A DNA stretch of 51,717 nt. Origin: Candidatus Eiseniibacteriota bacterium. GTDB taxonomy: Bacteria > Eisenbacteria > RBG-16-71-46 > SZUA-252. The stretch lies in NCBI GenBank assembly GCA_035712245.1, contig DASTBC010000035.1, positions 1 through 51,717 on the forward strand. The letters are read 5' to 3'. Both the position numbers and the translations under genes were made by a program. Shown one piece after another: positions 35,642 through 45,565 of the stretch (its first letter is position 1; each line of letters begins with the position of its first letter). The notes beneath the pieces are model-generated. The model searched no databases. It worked only from the letters and a program-made list of their open reading frames with translations, and was not told the origin of the DNA.

Positions 35642-37223
35642 CCGGCACGTTCTCCGGCGCTCCCGGGATCCTTCCCGCCGAAGGCATCGGCCGCACCTCG
35701 AACACGAGCGCGCCCGGGCTGTCGTACGCGAGCGCGAAACCGGGAATTTCCGCTCCCGTGGCGAACACGCGCATCGCGGCCCGCATGCCCATCTCCGCGC
35801 TGGAAACGAGGACGTACTTCGCGCGCTCCTTCACCGCGACCTCGTGGAGCGCCGCCGGCGAATCGACGGCCGGGATCGGAATGAAGCGCATCTGCGCGAG
35901 ATACGCCGCGTGAGGCTTTCGCGCGAGAAGCCCTTCTCCCTTCCCGTTCTCCAGGAGGAAGTCCGTCGCCGGGAGGATCTCGTACGGGCCGTGCGCCACG
36001 CTCTCGGGATTCCGCGGATCCTCGACGGCGCGATGGGCGGCCATCGTGGGGCCGATCCACAACGCGAGGAACAGGACCGCGCGAACCGGGAAGGACCTCT
36101 CGACTCCCGCGAGCATCCGGCCCAGAGCAGGCGACACGAACGGCCAGGCGCCGAGGAGCGCGTACGCGGCCAGGAGCGGCATGGAGAACCTCGTGCCGTA
36201 GAAGACCGGCACGAGGGTGAGGAAATAGAGCGCCCAGAAGACGGCGTAGCCCGCCGTCCGCCGGCCGGGACGGTCCCGGATCATGAGGAGCCCGCCGGCA
36301 ACCACGAGGACGCCCCACAGGACGGGCAGGAGATCGGAGAGATCCTGCCGCAGGTGGCCCCACACGTTCCGGGCCATCACCGTCGCGAACTTCCCCGGAT
36401 CGAGCATCACGACGTCGGCGAACGAGTCGATCTTCCGGTCGCCTCCATAGAAGAACTGCTCCCAGTTCCCCTGACCGTGGACTTCGTATCCCACGTTCAG
36501 GTAGTTCGTGTTGGAGAGCGGATTCCCCGTGTGGATCGCGTTCACGACGAGCCAGGGCAGCGCGGCGAGCGCGAACGCCGCGGTCCATCCGCCGGCGCGG
36601 GCCAGGCGCTCGCGCCACGGAGACCGCGACGGGTCGAGCAACAGGAGCGCGGCGAGGGCTCCGGGAAGGAGGAAGAGCCCGTTGTACCGGGTCGAGAACG
36701 CCCAGCCCGCGAGGAGGCCGGATCCGACGATCGCGGCCCACGCGGGGCGCTCTCGCGCCAAGAGCAGCGCGATCGACCCCATCGCGATCGCGAAGAAGAA
36801 CATGTCGGTCCCGACCTCGTACGTGTTCACGAGGAAGGTCTCGTTCCCCAGGAGCAGGAGGAGGCTCCCGAGCGCGGCTCCCGCGCCCGCCAGCTTCCGA
36901 TGCGTGTGGAAGACGAGCCACGCGGCGACGACCGCGGAGAGGAGCGCAAGGATCTGCGCGGCGCGGAAGGGGTCGATCCCCGGCACCGAGACGAGCGCGA
37001 CGACGGCCGGATATCCCCAGCCCTTCGAATCGTAGTTCGCGATGTCGACCTTGCCCTGGAGCAGGTCGCGCGCCGCGGGGCCGTACTTCCAGTAGAAGTC
37101 GGTCTCGACCGCGTAGTTCCCGATCCGGTGCTCGGTGAAGGCCTTCACGCCCCAGTAGGATGCGTAGAGGGCGAGGAGGGCGAACGCGACCGCGGGAGCC
37201 TGCCGCCGGAAGCGCTCGGCCAT
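35631..37223 (-). CDS. Polytopic membrane protein, GT-C-type (ArnT/PMT, GT39-like) glycosyltransferase candidate
   Basis: Start at ATG 37223 (MAERFRRQAPAVAFALLALY...). About 11-13 hydrophobic helices and a soluble C-terminal domain. The N-terminal 160 codons of ORF 35631..37703 overlap aroF in another frame and are rejected. Family call is tentative. Confidence 0.5.
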   Translation of the reverse strand: MAERFRRQAPAVAFALLALYASYWGVKAFTEHRIGNYAVETDFYWKYGPAARDLLQGKVDIANYDSKGWGYPAVVALVSVPGIDPFRAAQILALLSAVVAAWLVFHTHRKLAGAGAALGSLLLLLGNETFLVNTYEVGTDMFFFAIAMGSIALLLARERPAWAAIVGSGLLAGWAFSTRYNGLFLLPGALAALLLLDPSRSPWRERLARAGGWTAAFALAALPWLVVNAIHTGNPLSNTNYLNVGYEVHGQGNWEQFFYGGDRKIDSFADVVMLDPGKFATVMARNVWGHLRQDLSDLLPVLWGVLVVAGGLLMIRDRPGRRTAGYAVFWALYFLTLVPVFYGTRFSMPLLAAYALLGAWPFVSPALGRMLAGVERSFPVRAVLFLALWIGPTMAAHRAVEDPRNPESVAHGPYEILPATDFLLENGKGEGLLARKPHAAYLAQMRFIPIPAVDSPAALHEVAVKERAKYVLVSSAEMGMRAAMRVFATGAEIPGFALAYDSPGALVFEVRPMPSAGRIPGAPENVPGGH

Positions 37224-37336
37224 GGCCGGAGCGGCGCCTCCCGTGCCGGCGCGCGGGCTCGTGCGCGCGGCGCCGCCGGGGCCTCCCGGGCGGCGCTTCG
37301 ATCCGGCGGCTCCCCGCCCCGGGCGGGACGGAGCCA

Positions 37337-38350
37337 TCAGAGCGTCCGGCCGACCGCCTCGGCGATCAGTCGAATCTGCGCCGCGAGCGCGGCGAACTGG
37401 TCCGGGAAGAGGGACTGCGGCCCATCGCAGATGGCGCGCTCGGGGTCGTAGTGCACCTCGACGAGCAGCCCGTCCGCTCCCGTCGCGATCGCGGCGCGCG
37501 CGAGCGGAACCACCTTGTCGCGCACGCCCGCCGCATGGCTGGGATCCACGATCACGGGAAGGTGGCTGATCGACTTCGCGACGGCAACGGCGTTCAGATC
37601 GAGCGTGTTGCGGGTGTAGGTCTCGTACGCGCGCACGCCGCGCTCGCACACGATGACGCGGTCGTTCCCGCCCGAGATCACGTACTCGGCGGACATGAGC
37701 CACTCGTCCACGGTCGCCGCGAGCCCGCGCTTCACGAGCACCGGGCGCTCCACCTTTCCCAGCTCCCGGAGCAAGGGATAGTTCTGCATGTTCCGCGCGC
37801 CCACCTGGAAGATGTCGACGTAGCGGTCCATGAGCGCGATCTGGCTCTTGTCCATGACCTCGGAGATCACGAGGAGCCCCTCCGCGTCCGCGACGCGGCG
37901 CATGAGCTTGAGGCCCTCCTCGCCGAGCCCCTGGAAGGAGTACGGCGAGGTCCGCGGCTTGAACGCGCCGCCGCGCATGACGCGCGCGCCCGCCGCGCGC
38001 ACGGCGGCCGCGGTGCGGACCATCTGTTCCTCGGATTCGATCGTGCAGGGCCCGGCCATGAGGACCACGCTCGGGCCGCCGATCTCCACGCCTCCGACCT
38101 TGATGACGGTCGTCTCCTGGCGGAACGTCCGGCTCGCGAGCTTGAACGGCTCCGGAATCCGCTGCGCGGCCTCCACGCCGGGAAGCTTCCGGATTTCATC
38201 GAGCGATGGCATGGCTCCCTCTCCTACCGCGGCCATGACGACGGGCGGTCCCAATGGCGAGACGACGATCTGGAATCCACGCTCGCGCAGACGCGCTTCG
38301 ACGGCGCGGCGCTCTTCGGGTGTGGCGTCGGCGCGTAGGACGATGACCAT
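37337..38350 (-). CDS. aroF: 3-deoxy-7-phosphoheptulonate (DAHP) synthase, type I-beta with an N-terminal regulatory domain
   Basis: GGPSVVLMAGPCTIESEEQ...RGGAFKPRTSPYSFQGLGEEGL...DIFQVGARNMQN...VLVKRG...ICERG.R......RNTLD...VIVDPSH. The N-terminal ~70-aa ferredoxin-like domain begins MVIVLRADATPEE. gaggag RBS before ATG 38350. Confidence 0.9.
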   Translation of the reverse strand: MVIVLRADATPEERRAVEARLRERGFQIVVSPLGPPVVMAAVGEGAMPSLDEIRKLPGVEAAQRIPEPFKLASRTFRQETTVIKVGGVEIGGPSVVLMAGPCTIESEEQMVRTAAAVRAAGARVMRGGAFKPRTSPYSFQGLGEEGLKLMRRVADAEGLLVISEVMDKSQIALMDRYVDIFQVGARNMQNYPLLRELGKVERPVLVKRGLAATVDEWLMSAEYVISGGNDRVIVCERGVRAYETYTRNTLDLNAVAVAKSISHLPVIVDPSHAAGVRDKVVPLARAAIATGADGLLVEVHYDPERAICDGPQSLFPDQFAALAAQIRLIAEAVGRTL

Positions 38351-38447
38351 GGACTCCTCAGACGCACGAAAGCCCACTGCCGATCCTTCGGCAATGGGCA
38401 GTGGTCCCGCGACACGGCCGGTAGGCTACCACCCGCGGGGGATCGGG

Positions 38448-39077
38448 TCAAACGCCGTCCGGCCGAGGGTCCTCGTCCGCCGTGAAGAAGGAGAAGGCGA
38501 TCCACTTGCCCGAGGGGGCTCGCACCAGGCGGAGGACCTGCTCCGTGTCGGCGGGCTTCTTCCCGACGGGCGCGCCCGAGTAGCGGACCCGCATGCGTAC
38601 GGCGCGGGTCTCGATCCTCGTGTCCGAGACCAGGAGGGTGTCGGGGTTCGACTTCTGAAGGGCGCGGATCGCGTTGTGGTACAGGGTATGGAGCCGCGCC
38701 ACGGCCAGGGCTTCCTGGTGGGCGGCCTCGGTCCGGCTGGCGTCCGCGACCACGAAGGCGGAGTCGGCGGAGCGGTGCCGTACGGCTGCGGCGTCGCGCA
38801 GCGAGTCGAGCGAGCGCATCGTGAGCTGCCGCCCCTCCTCGATCCGCAGCACGTTCCCGCCCCGGACCCACTGATAGGACACGGCGCACGTGGAGCGGGC
38901 GCGCATCTCCTCGACGTCCTTCCGCGCCACCGCGTTCATGTAGCGCTGCGCGGCGAGCCGCACTTCCTTGACCTCGGGCGCCTCGCGAGAGCAGCCTCCT
39001 CCGATCGCGACGAGGAGCGCCAGGGCAACGGCGGCGGCGCCTGCGTGGAGCGGGCGTGCGTTCCCGCGGGTGCGCAC
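38448..39077 (-). CDS. Lipoprotein of unknown function
   Basis: Signal peptide with a lipobox-like LLVAIGGGC. High GC3. No recognisable catalytic motifs. Confidence 0.6.
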   Translation of the reverse strand: MRTRGNARPLHAGAAAVALALLVAIGGGCSREAPEVKEVRLAAQRYMNAVARKDVEEMRARSTCAVSYQWVRGGNVLRIEEGRQLTMRSLDSLRDAAAVRHRSADSAFVVADASRTEAAHQEALAVARLHTLYHNAIRALQKSNPDTLLVSDTRIETRAVRMRVRYSGAPVGKKPADTEQVLRLVRAPSGKWIAFSFFTADEDPRPDGV

Positions 39078-39081
39078 GCGC

Positions 39082-40095
39082 CTACTGCTTGATGGCCCGC
39101 GTTCGCGGCCGCCCCGGAGTCTTCATCCCCTTCGCCTCGTTGTAGAGCCGGCGGAGATTCATGAAGTGCACCTCCTGGTAGAACTCGCTGTCCTCGTAGG
39201 CTCCGAGCTGCCCCCATCCCTTGATGGAGGCCACGTGCGTTCCCCAGGCCGCGACCTCGACCGCCTTTTCGTTGGCGTCATTGAGGTAGCCGCGCGTGTA
39301 CTTGAGGCCGACGTGGGGCGCCGCGAAGACTCCGTGCCCGGGAACGAGCGTGTCGATGCGGTAGCGGTGCACGAGCGAATCCAGAGTCGCGATCCACCCC
39401 GTCCGGCTCATGTCGGGGTCGAGGAGCCACGGAACGGCTCGGTTCGAGACGAGATCCCCGGTGAAGCAGATCTTGTGCTTCGGCACCCACACGACCAGGT
39501 CACCCCCCGTGTGGGCCTGCTTCCCGAGCCAGACGATCTCCACCTTCCGGTCGCCGGACCCGAGTACCTTGATCCGGTCCACACCCTCGGTCGGCTTCAC
39601 GATCCGCGAGCCTCCGCCCTCCGCCGGGGGGGCATGCGCCATGATCGAGTCGATCTTCGCGGCGGCGCCCTTCTGCGCGATGAGGGTCGCTCCCTTCGCG
39701 AGGAAGACCTGATTTCCCCCGTAGTGATCCTCGTGGGCGTGCGTGTTCACGAGATACCGGATCGGTTTCCTGCCGGAACGGGCCGCGATCGTGTCCGCGA
39801 GGGCCATGGCCGACGTGTCGTCCATGGCGCTGTCGATGACCAGGATCCCGTCGGCCAGCTCGATCCAGCCGGTCCAGACGTACCGTACCTTGGCCGCGTA
39901 CACCCACGGGGCGAGCTGCTTGACCTCGATCGAGAGGGTGTCCGGGGCATCGTGATGGTGGGGACCGGCGCCGGGCATGTACTGCAGCTGTTGCGCGACG
40001 GCCGGAGAGGAGGTCGCGCTCAGGAGAGCGAGAACGGCCCCGAAGGCGACTCCGGCAGCCGGGTGGATACGATGACGGAACGTGGTGCGATCCAT
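39082..40095 (-). CDS. Secreted MBL-fold metallo-hydrolase
   Basis: Start at ATG 40095 (MDRTTFRHRIHPAAGVAFGAVLALLSATSSPAVA, a signal peptide). Has the HxHxDH motif VNTHAHEDHYGGN and a later TLVPGHG. Confidence 0.8.
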   Translation of the reverse strand: MDRTTFRHRIHPAAGVAFGAVLALLSATSSPAVAQQLQYMPGAGPHHHDAPDTLSIEVKQLAPWVYAAKVRYVWTGWIELADGILVIDSAMDDTSAMALADTIAARSGRKPIRYLVNTHAHEDHYGGNQVFLAKGATLIAQKGAAAKIDSIMAHAPPAEGGGSRIVKPTEGVDRIKVLGSGDRKVEIVWLGKQAHTGGDLVVWVPKHKICFTGDLVSNRAVPWLLDPDMSRTGWIATLDSLVHRYRIDTLVPGHGVFAAPHVGLKYTRGYLNDANEKAVEVAAWGTHVASIKGWGQLGAYEDSEFYQEVHFMNLRRLYNEAKGMKTPGRPRTRAIKQ

Positions 40096-40141
40096 GGCAC
40101 TCCCTTGGGGTCTGGGGATCACGCGGAGGGTCCGGAACGCA

Positions 40142-41761
40142 TTACCCCGCAGAGGCGTTCGCGGGTCCACGGCCGGAAGTGTACCAGAGGGACCTCTCGA
40201 GAGGGCCCAGGCGGTCGGCCAGGAACCGGGACAGCCGGTTCGCGGCCTCCTCGCCAAGCTCCCCGCGCCCCGTATAGAGGATGACCACGGCGCCGTCATC
40301 GCCCTTCCCCAGGAGCTTGCTGCGAAGCTGTTCCAGCTTCACCTCGCTCTCGGCGCCCACGAAGCGTCCCCCGATCCAGTAGGTCCTCCAGACCCGGAGG
40401 TGCGTTCCCGGCCCGTCGAGGTCGATCTGGGCCGTGGGAACCGGCCCGTCCGCGGCGGGAACCATCCGCTGCACGAGCGCGGAGCGCTTCCACCCCTTGA
40501 TCTCCGGGTCCAGGAATCCATTCGCGGACTGGACGAGCTCGGCGCCCGGCTTCTGATCCCGGTAGTACGCCACGTAGAGTCCGACGATCTCGCCGTCGCG
40601 CTCGTAGCTCCTCGAGAATTCCGCGGCCGCTCCCACGTAGAAGGGCTTCCAGTCCCAGGGCGGAACGGCAAGCTCCTGCCAGGAGGCGTCGGCGGCCGGG
40701 CCGGCGTAGCGCACCTCCCCGGCGATCGGACGGTTGAACGCGCGCGCCACCGCCGTCCACGTCCCGCCGAGGACGATCACGGCGAGCGCGGCGGCCCAGA
40801 AGGCGGTGGCGGGAGCGGCCGGACGCGCGGCCGCGCCATCCGGCTCCGCCGAATCGGCGGCGGGATCCGGATCCGCCGCGCGCCGTCCGATCTGGAAGAT
40901 CACGACCAGCATGATCGCGAAGAGCACCCACCCGAGCCACTCGTGCTCATGGACCAGAGGGGATTTCATGTCCGTGAGCGCGCCGATCATCACGAGGATC
41001 CAGACGCGGACCCCGTTCATGAGGATGGCGGAGGCGACGCAGAACGCGAGGAAGAGGGCTCGCTTCACCGGTCTCCGGAAGTTCACGTACGCGAACACGG
41101 CGCCGACGGTGAGGATGGCGAGTAGGTACCGGAGCCCGCTGCACGCCTCCGTGATCGCCCACTCCCCGCCCGGCACCCGGAGGAAACGTCCGTCGAACGT
41201 GACGGGCATGCCGGTCCCATCGAGCACGGCCACGGCGAGCCTCCCCGCGACCGTGATCAGGATCGGGAAGAGCCCTTCCCCGAAGGGAACCATGAGCGCG
41301 AGGAAGGCGAGCGGATACGCGATGCGGCGGCACACGTCGGTGCCGAGGAGCGCCCACGCCGATCCGAGGATCATTCCCACGAGGCTCACCTGCTCCCCCG
41401 TGCCCAGCTGCGCCAGGTGGGAGAGGAACCACAGGGCACCCGAGACGAGGGCGAGGAGGACGCCCCAGACGGAAGGCCGGGGCGCGACCGTCCGGAGGAC
41501 GTCGCGGCGCGTCCAGACCATGTAGGCCGCGAGCGGCAGGACGAACCAGCAATGCGAGAAGCTCTCGTTGTCGGTCCAGACGCGGGCCATCGAACGGACC
41601 GTCTGAGGATGGAGCAGGACGAGCGCGAGGATCGTGATGCCGAGGAGGATCAGCGCGGAGCGCCACGGCATGGCCCGCGAGGCGTCCGTGGAGAGGCCGC
41701 CCAGGCGAGGAACGGGCGTGGCGCCGGGAGCGCCTTGGGTCGTGACGGGGGGTGTCGCCAA
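40142..41761 (-). CDS. Exosortase (EpsH/Xrt family) fused to a C-terminal EpsI-like domain
   Basis: Multi-pass membrane N-terminal half with exosortase signatures: NESFSHCWFVLPLAAYMVW, the catalytic-Cys motif ITEACSGLRYL and ILMNGVRVWILV. The C-terminal ~200-aa periplasmic domain after a final TM helix is consistent with EpsI. The start is uncertain (ATG 41761 or 41671). Confidence 0.75.
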   Translation of the reverse strand: MATPPVTTQGAPGATPVPRLGGLSTDASRAMPWRSALILLGITILALVLLHPQTVRSMARVWTDNESFSHCWFVLPLAAYMVWTRRDVLRTVAPRPSVWGVLLALVSGALWFLSHLAQLGTGEQVSLVGMILGSAWALLGTDVCRRIAYPLAFLALMVPFGEGLFPILITVAGRLAVAVLDGTGMPVTFDGRFLRVPGGEWAITEACSGLRYLLAILTVGAVFAYVNFRRPVKRALFLAFCVASAILMNGVRVWILVMIGALTDMKSPLVHEHEWLGWVLFAIMLVVIFQIGRRAADPDPAADSAEPDGAAARPAAPATAFWAAALAVIVLGGTWTAVARAFNRPIAGEVRYAGPAADASWQELAVPPWDWKPFYVGAAAEFSRSYERDGEIVGLYVAYYRDQKPGAELVQSANGFLDPEIKGWKRSALVQRMVPAADGPVPTAQIDLDGPGTHLRVWRTYWIGGRFVGAESEVKLEQLRSKLLGKGDDGAVVILYTGRGELGEEAANRLSRFLADRLGPLERSLWYTSGRGPANASAG

Positions 41762-41901
41762 TGGACCTCTATTTTCCCACAGGCGAACGGGTTCGCGCCA
41801 GGGGCCCCGAGTGCGGTCGAGGCGCGCTCGTCCCCCGAGCCCCCGTGCCGCGATCGGACGTGGGGGCTCGACCGAGGAGGCGCGGGACGACGCCGGCTCG
41901 A

Positions 41902-42642
41902 CTACTCCTTCGAGACCTCGTCTCCCACGATCGACTCGACCAGGCTCCGATCCAGGAGCTGGATCTCGATCCGGCGGTTCTTCTGACGCCCCTCGGACGT
42001 CGCATTGGTCGCGACGGGCTGGAACTCGCCGCGGCCGGACGCGATGAGCCGGCGCGGATCGATCTGGCTCGTGTCCTGGAGGAAGCGCACGACCGTCGTC
42101 GCGCGCATCGTGGAGAGCTCCCAGTTCGTCATCCGGAGGCTCTTCCCGACGGGAATGCTGTCCGTGTGTCCGACGACGCGGATGAACTTCTCCGGGTACT
42201 GCCCCAGCGCTTCACCGACCTTCGCCAGCACCTCCTGCCCCGTCTTCTTGATCGTCGCGCTCCCCGAATCGAAGAAGATCTGCTCGGCCACGTCCACCGA
42301 GAGCATGTTCTTGTACTGGCGGACCTGGAGATTGCCCTTGTCCACTTCCTGCGCGAGCTGCTGGACGACCGCGTCGTACGAGCTCACGGTCTGCTGGTGC
42401 GTCGTGGCGAGTGAATCGCGCTCCGCGGCGAGGGCCGCGCTCTCCGTCCTGAGGCGCTCGATGTCGGCCTTCAGGGCCGCGTTGTCCTTGGTGAGCTGAT
42501 CGTACTGGCCCTGGAGCGCCGTCTTCTCGTTCTGCAGGACCGCCTGCTCGGCCTCGAGCTTCTTGAACTTCCCGCTCGAAACGCACCCGGCGAGCAGCCC
42601 CGCCGAGAGGATCACGAACCCCGTTCGCAGGACACGATTCAT
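41902..42642 (-). CDS. OmpA/MotB-family lipoprotein with a coiled-coil spacer
   Basis: aaggaggg RBS then ATG 42642. Has the lipobox LSAGLLAGC and a ~90-aa coiled coil. The C-terminal OmpA-like peptidoglycan-binding domain reads FFDSGSATI...VVGHTDS.P......NWELS..RA..V...L......GRGE..P...N.....QNRR.EI. Confidence 0.85.
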   Translation of the reverse strand: MNRVLRTGFVILSAGLLAGCVSSGKFKKLEAEQAVLQNEKTALQGQYDQLTKDNAALKADIERLRTESAALAAERDSLATTHQQTVSSYDAVVQQLAQEVDKGNLQVRQYKNMLSVDVAEQIFFDSGSATIKKTGQEVLAKVGEALGQYPEKFIRVVGHTDSIPVGKSLRMTNWELSTMRATTVVRFLQDTSQIDPRRLIASGRGEFQPVATNATSEGRQKNRRIEIQLLDRSLVESIVGDEVSKE

Positions 42643-42794
42643 GGAGCCCTCCTTGGTTCCTGGGGAGCCTTGCACCTCCGCGCCCGTCGTGCGCCGGATG
42701 CCATGCCATCGGAGCGTGCGTTCGTTCCCGAGTCAGTGCGCGCAACCTAGCACAGGCCCGGCAACGCGGCCAGAGAGGCGAACGGCGCCGGGGG

Positions 42795-43928
42795 CTACCC
42801 CACCACCCAGGCCAGCACGATCTCCAGGACGATCAGGATGACGATCGCCAGCTCGAGCACCTCGGCGCGCCGGGCCTGCGACTCCGCGTTCAGCATGGTG
42901 TAGGCGTCGCGCACGATCGCGACCTTCTGGTCGATGCCGCGGCGCCAGGACGGCCCTCGGAAGATCTCCAGCGCGGCCGCGTAGATGCGCGCGAGGTATA
43001 CGTCGTCCGTCACCTTGAGGGCGTTCTCCGCGCGCTCCACGGCTTCGGTCGCGTCGGCCACGCGCGTCTGGAGCACGGCCAGGAGGCGGCTGTACCTGCG
43101 GCCCAGGAGATGGAAGCCGCGCCTCGCGGTCGCGATCTCGTCGTAGGTCCGCGGCAGCTCCTCGTCGAGGATCGCGTCGTAGTAGCGAAGCTCCAGGAGC
43201 TGGGCGTTCGCGAACTCGAGGACGTACTGGACGTCCGCGTCCTTCGGGTCGGGCTCGACGACCAGGGCCGCGCTCCACGTGAGCAGGGTCAGATCGTCCT
43301 CGAAGTAGGAGAACCGCTCCGAGAGGAGATGGGCCCGCGCCGGGGCCGTGACGGGGCGGCGCTCTCCGAGGAGGAGCCGCGCGACTCCCTCGTCCGGAAG
43401 GGCGGAGGGCGGGACCGGATCGCCACCCGGGCCTCGCAGCCCGCCGACGCGAAACACGGTGTACTCCTCCGTCACGGCCGAGCGGTTGGGTCGAACGATG
43501 GCGGGCCCGATGCGATCGAGGAGACGGTCCCGCCACTCCCCGAAGCACCCCCACACTCCGCTCCCGGCGATCGCGGAGCCCAGGGCCACGAACTCGTCCC
43601 ACGCGAGCCACTCGGGGCGCCCGATCCGCGCGCGCAGGGAGATCACCCCGAAATCGTAGAGACAGACGGTGATCTCGAAGTCTCGAGGGCTCCCGCCGAG
43701 GTCGGCGCGCTCCGTTCCCAGATGCACGATCACCGGAGGATTGGGGATCAGGATCGCGTGCGCCTCCCCGCGGACCGGCTTGCGGCGCTCGGGCGCGCTC
43801 GAGGCGAGGAGGTCGAAGGCCCGGTCGAGACGGATCTCGTATCCGACGTCGAACTGCTTGTAGAGGATCGTCTCGAACTGGACCGCCAGCTCGACGCGGT
43901 TCGCCGCGACTCCCTCGGACCGGGTCAT
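42795..43928 (-). CDS. Membrane-anchored protein, possibly DUF155/RMD1 (YagE)-like
   Basis: 377 aa. Large soluble domain (VCLYDFGVISLRA..., VLEFANAQLLELRYYD...) and a single C-terminal TM helix (LELAIVILIVLEIVLAWVVG). Family assignment is tentative. Confidence 0.45.
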   Translation of the reverse strand: MTRSEGVAANRVELAVQFETILYKQFDVGYEIRLDRAFDLLASSAPERRKPVRGEAHAILIPNPPVIVHLGTERADLGGSPRDFEITVCLYDFGVISLRARIGRPEWLAWDEFVALGSAIAGSGVWGCFGEWRDRLLDRIGPAIVRPNRSAVTEEYTVFRVGGLRGPGGDPVPPSALPDEGVARLLLGERRPVTAPARAHLLSERFSYFEDDLTLLTWSAALVVEPDPKDADVQYVLEFANAQLLELRYYDAILDEELPRTYDEIATARRGFHLLGRRYSRLLAVLQTRVADATEAVERAENALKVTDDVYLARIYAAALEIFRGPSWRRGIDQKVAIVRDAYTMLNAESQARRAEVLELAIVILIVLEIVLAWVVG

Positions 43929-43986
43929 GCAGGCGGACGAAGGTGCGGGATCTCGCTCATCGCGCGTTCGAGTCTAGCACCTGGCA

Positions 43987-44928
43987 TTGACCTCCGCTCG
44001 GCGCGTGACGCATCCTGTCGCGGTGCATCCACTCGTGCTGCGCGCGCGGCGGGTCTACCGCAAGCTCCGCTGGGCGACGCTCCGCGGCGGTCCCGGCCGC
44101 ACGCCCCGGATCCTCACCGTTCCGACCGCGAACGGGATTCTCTCCTTCACGAACATGGACCTCCACAACGCGAGAGCGCTCTACGTGCAGCGCTCGTGGG
44201 AGCTGGACCTGCTCGAGGGCACGGCCGATCATCTGAAGCGTGAGGCCGGGGTGGCAGGTGCCGACGTGCTGGTGGAAGCCGGTGCCAACATCGGAATGAT
44301 CGTGATCGCGATGCTGCGACGAGGGTATTTCCGCGAGGCCATCGCCATCGAGCCCGACCCGCTGAACTTCGATCTCCTGCAGCGAAACATCCGCCAGAAC
44401 GGACTCGAGGGCCGGATTCGAGCCATCCGATGCGCGCTCGCCGAGTCTTCCGGAGAGGCCGAGCTGGAGCTATCGGAGTCGAACTATGGAGATCACCGGG
44501 TTCGCGTCACGACCGGACGAGTGTCCCTGATGGGTGAGGACGCACGCGCCACCCTGCGTGTCCCGATGCGAAGCCTGGATGACGTGCTGGCGTCCGAGGG
44601 CATCCCGCCGGAGCGGGTCGGGCTCGTGTGGGTCGACGTGCAGGGATACGAGGGGCATCTCTTCCTTGGCGCCCGACGCACGCTGACGGGAGGATCCCCC
44701 GTGCTCTCCGAGTTCTGGCCGTACGGGATCCTTCGATCGGGAATGGATCGGACGACGTACGCCGGGCTCATTCGTTCGCTGTTCGACCGGATGGCGGTCT
44801 TCGACGCCTCGAGCCGGCGCTTCGAGCCGCGTGATCTGTCGGAGATCGAGGAGCTGTTCGGCAGGACGTCGGGGCCGGAGCAGTACCTCGAGATCCTCTT
44901 CTACCCCCGCTCGGCGGGTCGCGCCTAG
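43987..44928 (+). CDS. FkbM-family SAM-dependent methyltransferase
   Basis: VLVEAGANIGMIVIAMLRRG...IAIEPDPLNFDLLQRNIRQNGL...RCALAESSGEAELELSESNYGDHRV. Start uncertain. Confidence 0.75.
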   Translation: MTSARRVTHPVAVHPLVLRARRVYRKLRWATLRGGPGRTPRILTVPTANGILSFTNMDLHNARALYVQRSWELDLLEGTADHLKREAGVAGADVLVEAGANIGMIVIAMLRRGYFREAIAIEPDPLNFDLLQRNIRQNGLEGRIRAIRCALAESSGEAELELSESNYGDHRVRVTTGRVSLMGEDARATLRVPMRSLDDVLASEGIPPERVGLVWVDVQGYEGHLFLGARRTLTGGSPVLSEFWPYGILRSGMDRTTYAGLIRSLFDRMAVFDASSRRFEPRDLSEIEELFGRTSGPEQYLEILFYPRSAGRA

Positions 44929-44935
44929 AACCCGC

Positions 44936-45121
44936 TCAGCCCTTCCCTCTCCGGGACGGCTTGTACTTCTGGATCCACTCCGCGGCGGCACGCCGGAGGA
45001 GCTCCGTGACGACGGCCCCCGTCTCGATGCTCGCGAGCTTGTAGCGCTTGTGCAGCGCCTCGGGCAAGGCGATGGACGTGCGGACCATCCCGGCGCTCGA
45101 GTTCGCGCGAATTCGCTTCAT
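44936..45121 (-). CDS. Ribbon-helix-helix (CopG/Arc/MetJ-type) DNA-binding protein
   Basis: 61 aa. The beta-strand MVRTSIALPEALHKRYK is followed by two helices (ASIETGAVVTELLRRAAAEWIQKY). ggggga RBS before ATG 45121. The remaining 160 codons of ORF 44936..45601 are rejected. Confidence 0.65.
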   Translation of the reverse strand: MKRIRANSSAGMVRTSIALPEALHKRYKLASIETGAVVTELLRRAAAEWIQKYKPSRRGKG

Positions 45122-45150
45122 GACGTTCCCCCTGGGGTGCGCCGGCGCGC

Positions 45151-45426
45151 TCAGGAGCCGGCGTTTCGCGACGTGTTCGGACGCTGCACCACGGAGAGCC
45201 TCGGGCCCGTCTGCCGGCCGCTTCGGGCGGCGGCGATCTTCGCCTCGTTCCCCCCCGAGCGGGCTCCGAGCTTCCAGAGCCCCGAATGGAGCACGTGGAG
45301 CGCGCCGCACTGGGCACAGACGCGTTCCAGGGGGGCGATGCGCAGGCTGAAACCGTGGTTGCAGGAGAGACAGGGGGCCAGCATGAAGGTGCTCCGCCAG
45401 GCGCGTCCGTGGCCGAATCGAGACAT
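45151..45426 (-). CDS. Small zinc-ribbon protein (CxxC...CxxC), hypothetical
   Basis: MSRFGHGRAWRSTFMLAPCLSCNHGFSLRIAPLERVCAQCGALH... GC3 is high along the frame. The stop lies 27 nt upstream of the RHH gene start. Start uncertain. Confidence 0.4.
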   Translation of the reverse strand: MSRFGHGRAWRSTFMLAPCLSCNHGFSLRIAPLERVCAQCGALHVLHSGLWKLGARSGGNEAKIAAARSGRQTGPRLSVVQRPNTSRNAGS

Positions 45427-45549
45427 CCGTGTAGCGCGAACGTGGTGTCCTGGCCGGCGCTGGCGGGAGACTTCCCCACGATGGAGCGCCGGTCGGCCAC
45501 CGGGCCGTTGACGAGACGACCTCTGTGCCAATCCCCGTGCGTCTATAGT

Positions 45550-45565
45550 GCAATAGAGCTATTGC
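45550..45565. promoter_or_regulatory. 7-2-7 inverted repeat (candidate operator) in an AT-rich patch
   Basis: gcaatag-ag-ctattgc lies next to TATAGT/TATAGA-like hexamers, about 125 nt upstream of the zinc-ribbon/RHH pair and about 240 nt upstream of gltA. Confidence 0.3.
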
